From a virus, in the IMG/VR virus record IMGVR_UViG_3300050343_000220, positions 5,138-69,137 of that record: a stretch of DNA of 64,000 nt; one strand, 5' to 3'. Below are positions 18,305 to 28,166 of the stretch, piece after piece. Within the stretch, counting starts at the first letter, position 1, and each line of letters begins with the position of its first letter. Made by a program: the position numbers and the translations under genes. Below the pieces are notes generated by a model. It did no database searches, was not told the origin of the DNA, and was given only the letters and a program-made list of their open reading frames with translations.

Positions 18305-21035
18305 GTTTCGTAGGAAGCAATATACTCGCTGGTGCCTCTGGACAAGGAGGCGCAGGTGGCTACGAGATCGAACGTAGTCTTAGGTTTAATGGGTCAGGTG
18401 ATTCAAGATGGAGTTGCGTATCTCTTGTAATAAATGCATTAAATAGAACCCCAAGTTCTGCAGGTAATCGCAAGACGTGGACTTGGAGCAAAATGTTGGT
18501 TGGGTAAAGTAACTCACTTTATCTTAACAGCTAGTGCTGGTAGTCCACAGTGGTACACGGTAACTGGAGTTAGTAATCTTACTTCAATTGGCATCGGTAA
18601 TAATGGAACCAGATGGTCATCACTACATAAGATTGAGGTTGACGGAACTGTTCTTACAGACGCTACCGTTGGACGAAACTCCTTCCACCTCCCCTTCACT
18701 GACAACAGTTCAAACGCTGCGCTTGGTACGGACACAAGTGGCAACAGCAATACGTGGACTGTTAATAACTTAATTGCAACTGGTGGTGCATTAATTTCCA
18801 AAGTAAGTGGCGGCAATACAGCTACCAGTGATAGTGCAACAAGTCTTTTTAATGGAACTACATCAGGTACTTATATACACCCCTCCGCTGGCAATGATGT
18901 AGTATTTACTAACTTTGCTATTTCTAATGCAAGAATTTATTCTTTTAATGGAAATTATCAAAGTAATTATGCAAACGGAAAAGTTTATACTAATTCGACA
19001 ACTACGCCTGTTTTAACACTTTCTCATGACAACCAGTGGCAGTGGTATTCATTACCTGCAGACGCTACATTACTCTATAAATTAGAAGGTGCAATTGGGG
19101 CTGGAAACCAAGCTTTTGGTACGCACGCTATTGAAAGTGGAGGGGTAATATTATCGGATAGTTCTGCATCTGGTACCGACTCCCTCCGTGACTCCCCATC
19201 GCAAATTGCAGACCAGACAGATTCTGGAGCGGGCAGTGAGGTTGTTGGTAACTATGCGACGTTGAATCCTCTTGCTAAGTCAAGTAATTTTGTCACGACT
19301 AATGGAAACCTAGCAATTGGAGCTTCTGGTGGAGTAGGAGCATGCCTCGCCACTATTGCTTATCCAAAATCAGGCAAGTGGTATCACGAAATTGTATTTG
19401 ATACCGTCCCTGGGTATAACCATGTTGGGATAGCACGAGAGGATACTGTACTAACCGGAAATCCTGGATATGACACAATTAGACAGTGGACTTATTGGCA
19501 AAATGGAAACAAGACCAATAACGTAGGTTACGAACTTCGGCCAACGTGCCTTCGCGTATACCGCACCAAGCGGATACAAGTCATTAAACACCGCAAACTT
19601 ACCTGAGCCAACGATTGCGGATGGCAGTAAGTATTTTGATACGAAGTTATATACGGGCAACTCTAGTACAAATACAATCACAAGTTTGCAATTTAGCCCG
19701 GATCTTGTATGGCTAAAATCTCGCGGAAATGCAATAGTACCATCAACTTTTGACACCATCCGTGGCGCAACGAAAGCATTATTTAGCAACTTGGCAAATG
19801 GTACAAGTACCGAAACAACCGCCCTCACTGCATTTAATAGTGACGGATTTACTCTTGGCGCTGATCTTGGCCTAAATGCAAATGGAAATGGTCGCTCACG
19901 TAGCCTGGGCGTGGGACGCCGGATCTTCCAACACAACAATTGCTGCTGGTAGTTTAAATAGCTCGGTGTATAACCAGAGTCAAAACTGGACAAATTTAAT
20001 TTCATTTAATGCTGGTGCCTGGAACGGTAATGGTACCAACCCTTTCGATGCTGATGCTACTAACTACGACTACGGAAACACTACCCGTGCAAACGGTGGT
20101 TATGCCACATTAAACATTTCCTCACTAACAGGATCTAGAGTCATTTCAGTAACATCACAGCAAACTGAAGTAACCATTACTCATGATGGAGGAACAACAA
20201 CTTTTACCCCTCCACATACAAGTCAAATCACCCACACATTTGGTGCAGTCACTAACCCAACAAGCATTAAATTTGACGGGTTAAATGGTAATTCGCAATT
20301 TGTTTTAGTTGGCGTTTCTGTTGATGGTGCAAGGCTAATTAATTCAGGAATCTCACTATCCAATGTCCCAAGCATCGCATCAACAGTCAGAGCCAACCCA
20401 AGTGCTGGGTTCAGTATTGTTAGTTATACAGGTGTTACAGGTAACCAAACGGTTGGCCACGGTCTTAATGTAAAACCAAAATTTATTTAATAAAAAACAG
20501 AAGCAACTCAGCTGATTGGTTTGCAATGTTTGACACAGGTGCCACTCATTATCAGCATGGGTACTTAAATGGTACATCTACAGTTTCACAGTGCAACTGC
20601 ACAGCCAGTTACAAGTTCAACAATTACTTATGGCAATAATAATTCCATGTTTGGCAATGGTGATAATTACGTCGCCTACTGCTTCGCACCTGTCGAAGGG
20701 TATAGCGCAATGGGTTCGTACACCGGCAATGGATCGAGCGATGGTCCGTTTGTATTTACACCGGGTTTACCCAGCTGGTTAATATTTAAACGCGTATGAG
20801 CGGACAGCTAGTGACTGGACTATTTATGATACTGCACGAGATACATAATGTTGCTGGAGACAAACTAGAGCCAAATGGTAATGATGCTGAAGTGCAGAAG
20901 GTGCTGTAGTAGATTTTCTTTCTAATGGTTTTAAATTTAGAGACAGATGTCTTTACCAAAAAATGGAGGAAATGATCAACTTACATATATATGCCATTCG
21001 CAGAACACCCCTTCAAAACTGCACGCGCACGCTAA
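18301..21035 (+). pseudogene. frameshifted paralogue of long tail fibre 12315..17522 (true pseudogene or consensus error)
   Basis: colinear fragments in changing frames (18301, 18500, 19686, 19876, 20569) from YEIERSLRFN to AEHPFKTARAR*. Confidence 0.75.
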
Positions 21036-21085
21036 CTAATTAATTAATTTTAAAACGCTAAAATAGTAACATCAGAGAAATTGTC

Positions 21086-21658
21086 ATGCTTATCTTAGAC
21101 GGACGTCCACTATCTTACGATCGTGCATTTACACATGCAGGTATTCAGTATCCAGCAAATTGGCTGAGGTTGTCTTCATATGAAGAGAAAACAGCCATTG
21201 GAATTACCGAAGTTCCTGATGCTCCTTGGTATGACCAACGCTTCTACTGGGGTCCAGAACTTCCGAAAGATCACGAAGGTCTAGTTACTCTTTGGATTGA
21301 TAACACCAATCAAACTGCATATACATTGCTTGCTCCTAGCGATTGGTATGTCATTCGTAAGCAAGAAACTGAAGTAGCAGTTCCTCAAGATGTTCTTGAT
21401 CGTCGTGGTGAGATTCGTACTTACTGTGACACCAAACGTGAAGCCATCAGTGCAACAACAACGACTGATGAACTAGCTGCATATATTACATCCGCTGCTT
21501 ATTCAGAGTGGGAGCCACCAGCACCTACACCTGAGCCAACACCAGAAGAAATCGTTGAAACTCCAGAAGGTGAAGACTCAATCATCTTTAGCGGTGGTGT
21601 CACTTCAGCCGGTATTCTTGATGGTTCGTCCGGTGACGACGTAATCAGTTTTGGTTAA
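21086..21658 (+). CDS. tail fibre assembly / chaperone-like protein
   Basis: YPANWLRL and LLAPSDWYVIRKQE motifs typical of genes following fibre genes. Confidence 0.6.
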   Translation: MLILDGRPLSYDRAFTHAGIQYPANWLRLSSYEEKTAIGITEVPDAPWYDQRFYWGPELPKDHEGLVTLWIDNTNQTAYTLLAPSDWYVIRKQETEVAVPQDVLDRRGEIRTYCDTKREAISATTTTDELAAYITSAAYSEWEPPAPTPEPTPEEIVETPEGEDSIIFSGGVTSAGILDGSSGDDVISFG

Positions 21659-22404
21659 TTACCAGGATACGGTAGACCTAATACTTCAAAAGCTTTTTTA
21701 GAATACAGACGTCTGTCTTCATAGCCATTGGGCAAATACTTACCATTCACTCGTTGACCAACTTGATCAACGGGTGGTTTTATTTTGCAAAAATCATTCA
21801 TATTATTTGCGTACCACCAGTATCCGCTTATTGACCACGGATATTTTTCGCTTGTATGTGTCTTTCCAACTTCCATAATTTTTTCGTCAAACGTTCCACT
21901 CTTTTGTAGATAATCTGAATACTGTTGATGCCAATATCTGCCGGTTACTTGAATCCAACCAGTGCCAGCGAACTTCACGCCATCGCCAGGATAAAGATTA
22001 CCTAGATCAGTCCTGAACTCGTAATTTTCTCCTGATGCAATTTCTACTGGATACCTGAGCCCTGCTGATTCATGACCGCATTGACCTAAGAAATATGCAA
22101 TGCTGCTGCGATCCATTTGATAAAGATCTACGCATCGAGCAAAGTCATCCATGAGTGAGTCGGGAAGACTTTCAGTACTACAGTTCATGATGAGCCCCAT
22201 TTGCACCTTAGTGATGGGCCATTGCTTTGTTTCTAACTCTTGATCTTTCAGTTGATCACGGTACTGAAGAATCCATTCGCAATTATTTTCTAGTGCATCT
22301 AATGGAATTAACTTATACAGCTTTTCAATAGCAAGTTGTTGATGTGATTCTCCCTCATAAAATTTAAAGAAGTTCTTGAAACTCTCTACGGATATCTGTG
22401 CCAT
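21655..22404 (-). CDS. GH19 chitinase-like endolysin
   Basis: FLGQCGHESAGLRYPVE...DLGN..PGDG.KF.G.GWIQVTGR. Confidence 0.85.
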   Translation of the reverse strand: MAQISVESFKNFFKFYEGESHQQLAIEKLYKLIPLDALENNCEWILQYRDQLKDQELETKQWPITKVQMGLIMNCSTESLPDSLMDDFARCVDLYQMDRSSIAYFLGQCGHESAGLRYPVEIASGENYEFRTDLGNLYPGDGVKFAGTGWIQVTGRYWHQQYSDYLQKSGTFDEKIMEVGKTHTSEKYPWSISGYWWYANNMNDFCKIKPPVDQVGQRVNGKYLPNGYEDRRLYSKKAFEVLGLPYPGN

Positions 22405-22463
22405 AATGTCTACATATCTCTTCAGGTATTCTATCTACAATAGTAATACTTAGGGTTCTAATT

Positions 22464-22736
22464 ATGACCGCAGAAGAACGCAAACAATTCTGGCAATCAG
22501 TAGAAAGTGGAGACAATCCGCTTCTATCTGTAATGTCGGGCTTGGTTGAAAAGTGGGGAATGCCTGCAATCATCATGGCCCTAGGTGATGTTGCAGTAGT
22601 GCTTTCAGAAGATGCTATTGATGCAGACAATCTCACGCCAAATCAACGCGGCTTGATTATGAGCTGCTGCGCTCAGGTGTCAAATCTTAGTGACCTTATG
22701 CATGCAGAGATGGATCACATTGCAGCCAACCAATGA
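22464..22736 (+). CDS. hypothetical protein
   Basis: 90-aa ORF after TACAATAG. Confidence 0.6.
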   Translation: MTAEERKQFWQSVESGDNPLLSVMSGLVEKWGMPAIIMALGDVAVVLSEDAIDADNLTPNQRGLIMSCCAQVSNLSDLMHAEMDHIAANQ

Positions 22737-22870
22737 GCGACGAAGAAAAAGCCAATTGGCAAAAGATCAAAGATGTGATGGAAGAAAAAGGTACAACAGA
22801 TAATTTCTTTTATAAACGTGCTTGTGCAATCGTTAGTGGTAAACCTGATCCTTTAGAACCGTTAAAATAA
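22733..22870 (+). CDS. small cyanophage protein (not in ORF track)
   Basis: MSDEEKANWQKIKDVMEEKGTTDNFFYKRACAIVSGKPDPLEPLK; ATGA overlap with upstream stop. Confidence 0.65.
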   Translation: MSDEEKANWQKIKDVMEEKGTTDNFFYKRACAIVSGKPDPLEPLK

Positions 22871-22891
22871 TAGAAGGATTATGTAGATAAC

Positions 22892-23188
22892 ATGGCTACA
22901 TCTGCTCGCGTTAAGGCAAAGTGTAAAGCTTGTGCCCACAAAAAGAAGAAAGGTGCCATGAAGGGTGTAACTGTCAAGAGTGGCGGCAAGCTGTCAGTCA
23001 AGAAGGGTGCAGGCCTAACTAAAAAAGGTCGCGACAAAATTAACCGTGAAACCGGTAGTAATTTGCAAGCGCCTGCCCCTAATCCTAAAACCAAAAAAGA
23101 TGCTGCTCGTCGTAAGTCATTCTGTGCACGATCTCGTGGATGGACAGGTGAACGAGGAAAAGCTGCTCGTAAAAGGTGGAACTGCTAA
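22892..23188 (+). CDS. small Lys/Arg-rich protein
   Basis: GLTKKGR...NLQAP...RRKSFCAR...ARKRWNC, a pattern common in marine phages. Confidence 0.7.
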   Translation: MATSARVKAKCKACAHKKKKGAMKGVTVKSGGKLSVKKGAGLTKKGRDKINRETGSNLQAPAPNPKTKKDAARRKSFCARSRGWTGERGKAARKRWNC

Positions 23189-23331
23189 TGCGTTTAGCCG
23201 GTCAAGTATGGTTTCCACCAGCAAATTTGCAAGGTGCAGGATGTGCCAAGCAACCTGAGACATATCCAGCTCAACCCAAGCAGGCTATGAGTCACGGCGA
23301 TCAACGTAAACAAATACCCTTTAAATCATGA
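23188..23331 (+). CDS. small protein starting MRLAG (not in ORF track)
   Basis: 47-aa ORF coupled at both ends (TAATG, ATGA). Confidence 0.5.
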   Translation: MRLAGQVWFPPANLQGAGCAKQPETYPAQPKQAMSHGDQRKQIPFKS

Positions 23332-23510
23332 GTGACAAGAAATCAAAAGTTAATGAAGCTGGCAATTACACAATGCCAGGTATGCGTAAAAAACTATTTG
23401 CGCAAATTAAAGCGAGTGGTAAAGGAGGTAAGCCTGGTCAGTGGTCTGCTCGTAAAGCACAGATGTTAGCCAAGCAATACAAAGCAAAAGGTGGGGGTTA
23501 TAAGGACTAA
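23328..23510 (+). CDS. small Lys-rich protein
   Basis: KGGKPGQWSARKAQMLAKQYKAKGGGY. Confidence 0.7.
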   Translation: MSDKKSKVNEAGNYTMPGMRKKLFAQIKASGKGGKPGQWSARKAQMLAKQYKAKGGGYKD

Positions 23511-23764
23511 TGGCTAAAGCAAAATCACAAAATTCTCTAGATAGTTGGACTAAAGAAGATTGGGGTACTAAGTCAGGTAAAAACAGTACTCAAGGTAAGA
23601 AAGCAACTGGTGAACGCTACCTGCCTAAGAAAGCTAGGGAAGCTTTGACTGATGAAGAGTATGCAAGAAGTACTGCTAAAAAACGTGCTGCTGCTCGTAA
23701 AGGTCAGCAGTTTAGTAAGCAACCTAAGGATGTTGCCAAGAAAACTTCTAAGCATCGTTCGTAA
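23510..23764 (+). CDS. small Lys-rich protein
   Basis: SLDSWTKEDWGTKSGK...TGERYLPKKA...GQQFSKQP. Confidence 0.7.
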   Translation: MAKAKSQNSLDSWTKEDWGTKSGKNSTQGKKATGERYLPKKAREALTDEEYARSTAKKRAAARKGQQFSKQPKDVAKKTSKHRS

Positions 23765-24000
23765 TGTCAAAAGAAACTCGCAAGCAAGCAAAAGGATTAG
23801 CTAAGGCATTTAAGAAAATGTCGCATGGCAAGAAAGGTGGAACAAAGGGAACGTTCACTGCTGCAGCAACAAAAGCTGGACATCCAGATACCCCAGAAGG
23901 ACGTAAGGCTTATGCAAATGCTGTACTAAAAGATCCAGGTGCATCATCTAAAATGAAGAAGAAGGCAACCTTCTATAAAAACATTATCAATAAAGACTAA
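23764..24000 (+). CDS. small Lys-rich protein
   Basis: coupled ORF, KGTFTAAA motif. Confidence 0.6.
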   Translation: MSKETRKQAKGLAKAFKKMSHGKKGGTKGTFTAAATKAGHPDTPEGRKAYANAVLKDPGASSKMKKKATFYKNIINKD

Positions 24001-24377
24001 TGGCCGGTGCAATTACAATTACAGGACTGCATTCTTTTGAAGATCAATCAGGAGATCTTACGTTTGTAAGTCCTAAAACTACGGATCGTCCAGTTAATTA
24101 CTTCAATGTCCCTAGATGGTGGTGGAACGGAGATAACACAATCTATGAGAGCTGCGTGCGTGTTGACAATAGTGACAATAGTCAGTCGGTTTACATCTCT
24201 GTTTCAGACTCCAACCCACATTTGAAGATTGAATGGACGGGCTCTGCTTATGTTTTTGACAGTGATGACAAACGAAAATACGTCGATCGGATTTTTGTTA
24301 CCTCTGATGCCGCATTAAAAGTTGGCACTGACTACCGAGTACCTCTGCGTGGTGCAGCAATTACAGCAGTTAGTTAG
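24000..24377 (+). CDS. hypothetical protein; paralogue of 712..1209
   Basis: alignable to 712..1209 by eye. Confidence 0.6.
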   Translation: MAGAITITGLHSFEDQSGDLTFVSPKTTDRPVNYFNVPRWWWNGDNTIYESCVRVDNSDNSQSVYISVSDSNPHLKIEWTGSAYVFDSDDKRKYVDRIFVTSDAALKVGTDYRVPLRGAAITAVS

Positions 24378-24649
24378 TGAGTAAAATTCTTTATTTGCAT
24401 AGAACAGGAGATAACTCCTGCGTTTCCCACGACGGCTACATACAAATGGGAGCCATGTGCCATTCAGTTGAGAGGCATATTGAATTAAATCCTCACGTCA
24501 CCTGGGTAGAAACGCACTGGATACCGGACATATTTATGCACCGTTACAAACGAGCAACGTTTCAGGCGCATGAACGGGTGTCTGGTGGAAAGGACAGTAT
24601 TGAAGCTAGGCCAGGCCACGAGACTTTTGAGTTTCAAACACCCAGATGA
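24377..24649 (+). CDS. hypothetical His-rich protein
   Basis: coupled ORF with GTG start. Confidence 0.5.
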   Translation: MSKILYLHRTGDNSCVSHDGYIQMGAMCHSVERHIELNPHVTWVETHWIPDIFMHRYKRATFQAHERVSGGKDSIEARPGHETFEFQTPR

Positions 24650-24680
24650 AGGTGACCTCTATTGATAAGCACAGAGGACT

Positions 24681-24796
24681 TAACTACGCTACGCTGGCTC
24701 CTATATACTGTTTATAAATAATAGATGTATAGGAGCTACGTAGTATTAACGATATAGGTATATAGAAAACCCCGTAGTTTGTGTAGCAAAGTAGTT
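24681..24796. other. origin-like non-coding region A
   Basis: CTAC repeats, inverted repeat GCTCCTATA/TATAGGAGC around an AT-rich core, then GTAG repeats. Confidence 0.4.
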
Positions 24797-24824
24797 ACAA
24801 TAAAATTAACTTAGATATATAACC

Positions 24825-24968
24825 ATGGGTATTATTGAGTCTCCAATTTTTTGGATTATTATTGCTGCTTCTAGTGAGATCATTGCACTGACTCCTTTGA
24901 AGTCAAACTCTGTTGTACAGCTAGTGCTTTCTGCAATCAATGCGATTAAGCCTGCAAAAAAGGCTTAA
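24825..24968 (+). CDS. small membrane protein, holin candidate (not in ORF track)
   Basis: MGIIESPIFWIIIAASSEIIALTPLKSNSVVQLVLSAINAIKPAKKA. Confidence 0.55.
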   Translation: MGIIESPIFWIIIAASSEIIALTPLKSNSVVQLVLSAINAIKPAKKA

Positions 24969-25218
24969 GCAATATACCGTCAGACGGGAAATGGATTTAC
25001 CAGTTCAATAGCCGCAGTCCATTGGAAACTGTCAGACGGAAAATACAAGCAAAGAAATTTTATACAACTCTGCCGCACAAGATAAATGGTGCGGTGGAGG
25101 ATTTTAAGCGTTCAACACCAGAGCCTGATCCTGAGCTGGATTGGAAATTTGAAGAGGTGGGAGAGTTTGGCCAAGACGGCTGGACAATTTCTTATACACA
25201 CAAATCAAAGAAAGACAG

Positions 25219-25620
25219 TTAGTAGTCTCCGAAGTCGCATTCGTCATCTTCATATCCATAGTCAATAAAGATTTCTGAACCGGCTGGAATATCTTCTGTT
25301 GCATAGTGGCGCATGACTTCATTAACAGTGTCTAACTCGTAAGCAGCGTTGTTATTAGAAGAGTGATTATAAAGCGCAGCAAATCCGAAACCTAGGACAA
25401 CATCACTTGCTCCTGGGTTGTCTGATGAATCGTAAGTATAACGAACAACAATATCTGCTTTTTTACGTAGCTCCTTCATTGTAAAAGTGCAGTAAGGTGA
25501 CTCTTGCAATACATCATGCTTGGCAATAGCTTTATGGGCAAATACACCCCATCGATGAACATCAGAACTTGCAATAACTAAGTTCGGATTCAAAAAAAGT
25601 TCAGTGAGTTCTAAGTTCAT
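25219..25620 (-). CDS. SET-domain protein methyltransferase
   Basis: HRWGVFA, LYNHSSNNN, ATEDIPAGSEIFIDYG. Confidence 0.85.
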   Translation of the reverse strand: MNLELTELFLNPNLVIASSDVHRWGVFAHKAIAKHDVLQESPYCTFTMKELRKKADIVVRYTYDSSDNPGASDVVLGFGFAALYNHSSNNNAAYELDTVNEVMRHYATEDIPAGSEIFIDYGYEDDECDFGDY

Positions 25621-25700
25621 ATATCATTTAAATCTAATATGAGTCTACAGATATAATGAAATTTATGTGAGATACAATAGATAAAAAGCCTAGTGCATAT

Positions 25701-25949
25701 GTGGTTATGGTTGAGTCAATTGTCAGTGCAGGGCTAGCAGTTGTAACTGGAGGATTTATTTTAACTTCTAGGATTAACAGTAAAATTGATAGCGTAGATA
25801 AACGTATTGATGAAGTAGAGCTGTGCATGGCACGCTCATATATATCAAAAGCAGATTTCGCTACTACTTTAGAAAGAGTAGAAGCGCATATGATCCGCAT
25901 AGAAGATAAGTTAGATGAACTTGTGTTAACTCAAACCAGGGGACGTTGA
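25701..25949 (+). CDS. membrane-anchored coiled-coil protein
   Basis: N-terminal TM helix, YISKADF...RIEDKLD. Confidence 0.6.
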   Translation: MVMVESIVSAGLAVVTGGFILTSRINSKIDSVDKRIDEVELCMARSYISKADFATTLERVEAHMIRIEDKLDELVLTQTRGR

Positions 25950-26014
25950 TACTTAAATACACACAAAGAACGCAGTCCCGTTACATTCGTAGTAAGTTCC
26001 TTAAATAAGAACGA

Positions 26015-26467
26015 ATGGGTATTGCTGAAGACTGGTCGGACCTACTGTTTGACCTCACTTGCTTATCTAAGCAAAGTGCCAAGCGAAGATTTAAAAAGTC
26101 AATTAAATATGGTTGGGGTGGCCTCTGTGGATACTGCAGATCAAACCGAGCAACCACTTTGGATCACATCAAACCTAAGTCAAAAGGCGGAGATAGCTTA
26201 CGAAGCAATCTGTTGCCTTGTTGTCTAAAATGTAATCACTCCAAAGGTACTGAGCCTTGGTTAGTATGGTTTAAACGCCAATCGTTCTATAACGAAGTAG
26301 CACAAGAATTAATTGAAGAATGGATTACAAACAAGAGATTTATTGAGGAAGAATTAGATGACCAACCAACTTACCATCGAACAACGGTTTGCTCTCACAC
26401 GAGCAAGATACGAAGTAACTCGAATGAGCAGGCCAGCACTGGAAAAAACGGCCTTACGCCTGCTTAA
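26015..26467 (+). CDS. HNH endonuclease
   Basis: CGYC...TLDHIKPKSKGG...NLLPCCLKCNHSKG. Confidence 0.85.
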   Translation: MGIAEDWSDLLFDLTCLSKQSAKRRFKKSIKYGWGGLCGYCRSNRATTLDHIKPKSKGGDSLRSNLLPCCLKCNHSKGTEPWLVWFKRQSFYNEVAQELIEEWITNKRFIEEELDDQPTYHRTTVCSHTSKIRSNSNEQASTGKNGLTPA

Positions 26468-26693
26468 GTCACGGATGGAACAAAAGAACGGAGTTCAGCA
26501 AGCACTAATGTCTAGCGGCATCGTTTTTAAAATTGATGAGCAACAAGCTGGATTGCCGGAAATCATTTCAGAAGAAACGTTCTGTGATCTATTAGAACTG
26601 TCAGTAGATAACTCAGAAGAGATGCCAACAGACATTATGGATGAAGGTTGGGAGGATGATGATCTAGAAGATGATGGCCTGCAATTTGTTTAA
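26358..26693 (+). CDS. NblA-like protein with acidic C-terminal extension
   Basis: LTIEQRF.......V..MS matches the NblA L(S/T)xEQxF pattern. Confidence 0.5.
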   Translation: MTNQLTIEQRFALTRARYEVTRMSRPALEKTALRLLKSRMEQKNGVQQALMSSGIVFKIDEQQAGLPEIISEETFCDLLELSVDNSEEMPTDIMDEGWEDDDLEDDGLQFV

Positions 26694-26726
26694 TTGAGCT
26701 AGACTTTAGTCAGTTAATTAATATCA

Positions 26727-26954
26727 ATGGAATATATTATTGGACCAGTATTGACATTGCTACTTGCAATGAAATTTACTGATTATAGACAGAAAAACAT
26801 TGAAAGTAAAGTAACTGCAGTGCAAGAGCAAATGGCACTTGTAGAAAAGACAATGGATCAGCGAGAGACTGAACTTCCAAAAAAACTTGTAGCAACCATG
26901 GTTCCGCTTGCAAAAGCTGTGAAGGTATTGAACCAGCAAGTAGGCATACAGTGA
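26727..26954 (+). CDS. membrane-anchored coiled-coil protein
   Basis: N-terminal hydrophobic helix. Confidence 0.55.
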   Translation: MEYIIGPVLTLLLAMKFTDYRQKNIESKVTAVQEQMALVEKTMDQRETELPKKLVATMVPLAKAVKVLNQQVGIQ

Positions 26955-27133
26955 AAAAAGTCAAGCTTTTAAAGTACTTTAGAAAGTTCACTGATAATCC
27001 TCATCACTTAGCTGCTATATCAATGCTTCAGGCGGAACTACCCGATCATCTGTTGAGTAGGGAAGCTGACTGGATAGTATGCTTTGAAGCTGAAGAAGAA
27101 TGTAAACAAGGGTTTCCAAAGTATAATAGATAA
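26951..27133 (+). CDS. stand-alone homologue of the endolysin N-terminal domain
   Basis: F....H...AI..L...[LI]P...L.....WI pattern shared with 21655..22404. Confidence 0.55.
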   Translation: MKKVKLLKYFRKFTDNPHHLAAISMLQAELPDHLLSREADWIVCFEAEEECKQGFPKYNR

Positions 27134-27152
27134 GTATTAGTAGGAATCTATA

Positions 27153-27419
27153 GTGGTTGATAGAAGACGCTTACGTGCAGGTGATTCCTATACTCCAAAA
27201 AGTAGAGGACCTGCAATAGCTAAGCAGCGTGCTGCTCAATACAGATTTAATGCACAGCGTCAGCCATTCAGAACTGAGCAAAGTCCAGGTACAGGTGGCT
27301 TTGGATCAGGACTTGAAACACAAATTATGCGTAATCAAGAAGCTTCATATGACAAGGCAAGGTCTGAATCATATCGACCAGAAACATTTAAATATAAAAA
27401 CGTTAGGCAACTTGATTGA
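27153..27419 (+). CDS. hypothetical basic protein
   Basis: ORF after TATAATAG and AGGA. Confidence 0.5.
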   Translation: MVDRRRLRAGDSYTPKSRGPAIAKQRAAQYRFNAQRQPFRTEQSPGTGGFGSGLETQIMRNQEASYDKARSESYRPETFKYKNVRQLD

Positions 27420-28083
27420 TCTTTTGCAGGCGACTGAAACCTTGTTTAGCAAGATCCAAGCCTTGAGCAATATCGCCACCTTCGATGTAATCCATAACAG
27501 TGGCTCGTAGAATGTGCCCCATTTCAGGAATGCCTGCAGCTGCAAAACCTTCAGCAGTTACGTGAGTTAACCAAGCGGCTTTTTGTGAATCATCTTCCAG
27601 CTTCCCTGAAATACCAAAGTCAATTTGCATTGGCCTTCCAGTCATTTTGTTATACATAATGTTGCCATTATGCCTGTCTTCTAATTGAATCCCTTTAAGT
27701 GCCATCTGCCCAAGCTGTTGATTTACGCGAACAGCATCCATTCCGGTAGGGAAAGTATTTGGATCTCCACGTAGTTCAAAGTTATCTCTGACGTCTTCCA
27801 TTTCAATACGATTTCCAATACCTCCTTGGAATTTCTCTAGACCAGCAACTTTAGGCGCAATACCCATTTCCGCAGCTATGGCTTGCATATTGACTTCGTT
27901 TTCAAGACTGCGCTCAAATATACTTTCATCCTTTTGAGTTTGCTTCATTACATTTCCAGGTGTGTCAGATTCATAAACAACACCATTAGCACCAGAACCA
28001 ATAGGAGTAGTCCGGTTCGAAGCCAACTTCTGTTCTCTTAAATTCTCACCAAAAGCTCTAAATAATTCACCCGCGTATCGCAT
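27403..28083 (-). CDS. protein-kinase-like protein
   Basis: IGSGANGVVY, VMK, DRHNGNIM, IDFG. Confidence 0.8.
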   Translation of the reverse strand: MRYAGELFRAFGENLREQKLASNRTTPIGSGANGVVYESDTPGNVMKQTQKDESIFERSLENEVNMQAIAAEMGIAPKVAGLEKFQGGIGNRIEMEDVRDNFELRGDPNTFPTGMDAVRVNQQLGQMALKGIQLEDRHNGNIMYNKMTGRPMQIDFGISGKLEDDSQKAAWLTHVTAEGFAAAGIPEMGHILRATVMDYIEGGDIAQGLDLAKQGFSRLQKINQVA

Positions 28084-28127
28084 CTATCTATTACATAGTC
28101 TTTATCCATTGTATAAATATAAAAACA

Positions 28128-28153
28128 TAAAAAAAGACCCCCAATAGGGGGCC
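28128..28153 (-). terminator. intrinsic terminator
   Basis: GGCCCCC-tatt-GGGGGGTC then T run on the - strand. Confidence 0.75.
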
Positions 28154-28166
28154 AATGTATTAACTA

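Noticed and set aside
12315-21035. Diversity-generating retroelement acting on the tail fibres
   Set aside because: No reverse transcriptase in the window, and differences between copies are not adenine-specific
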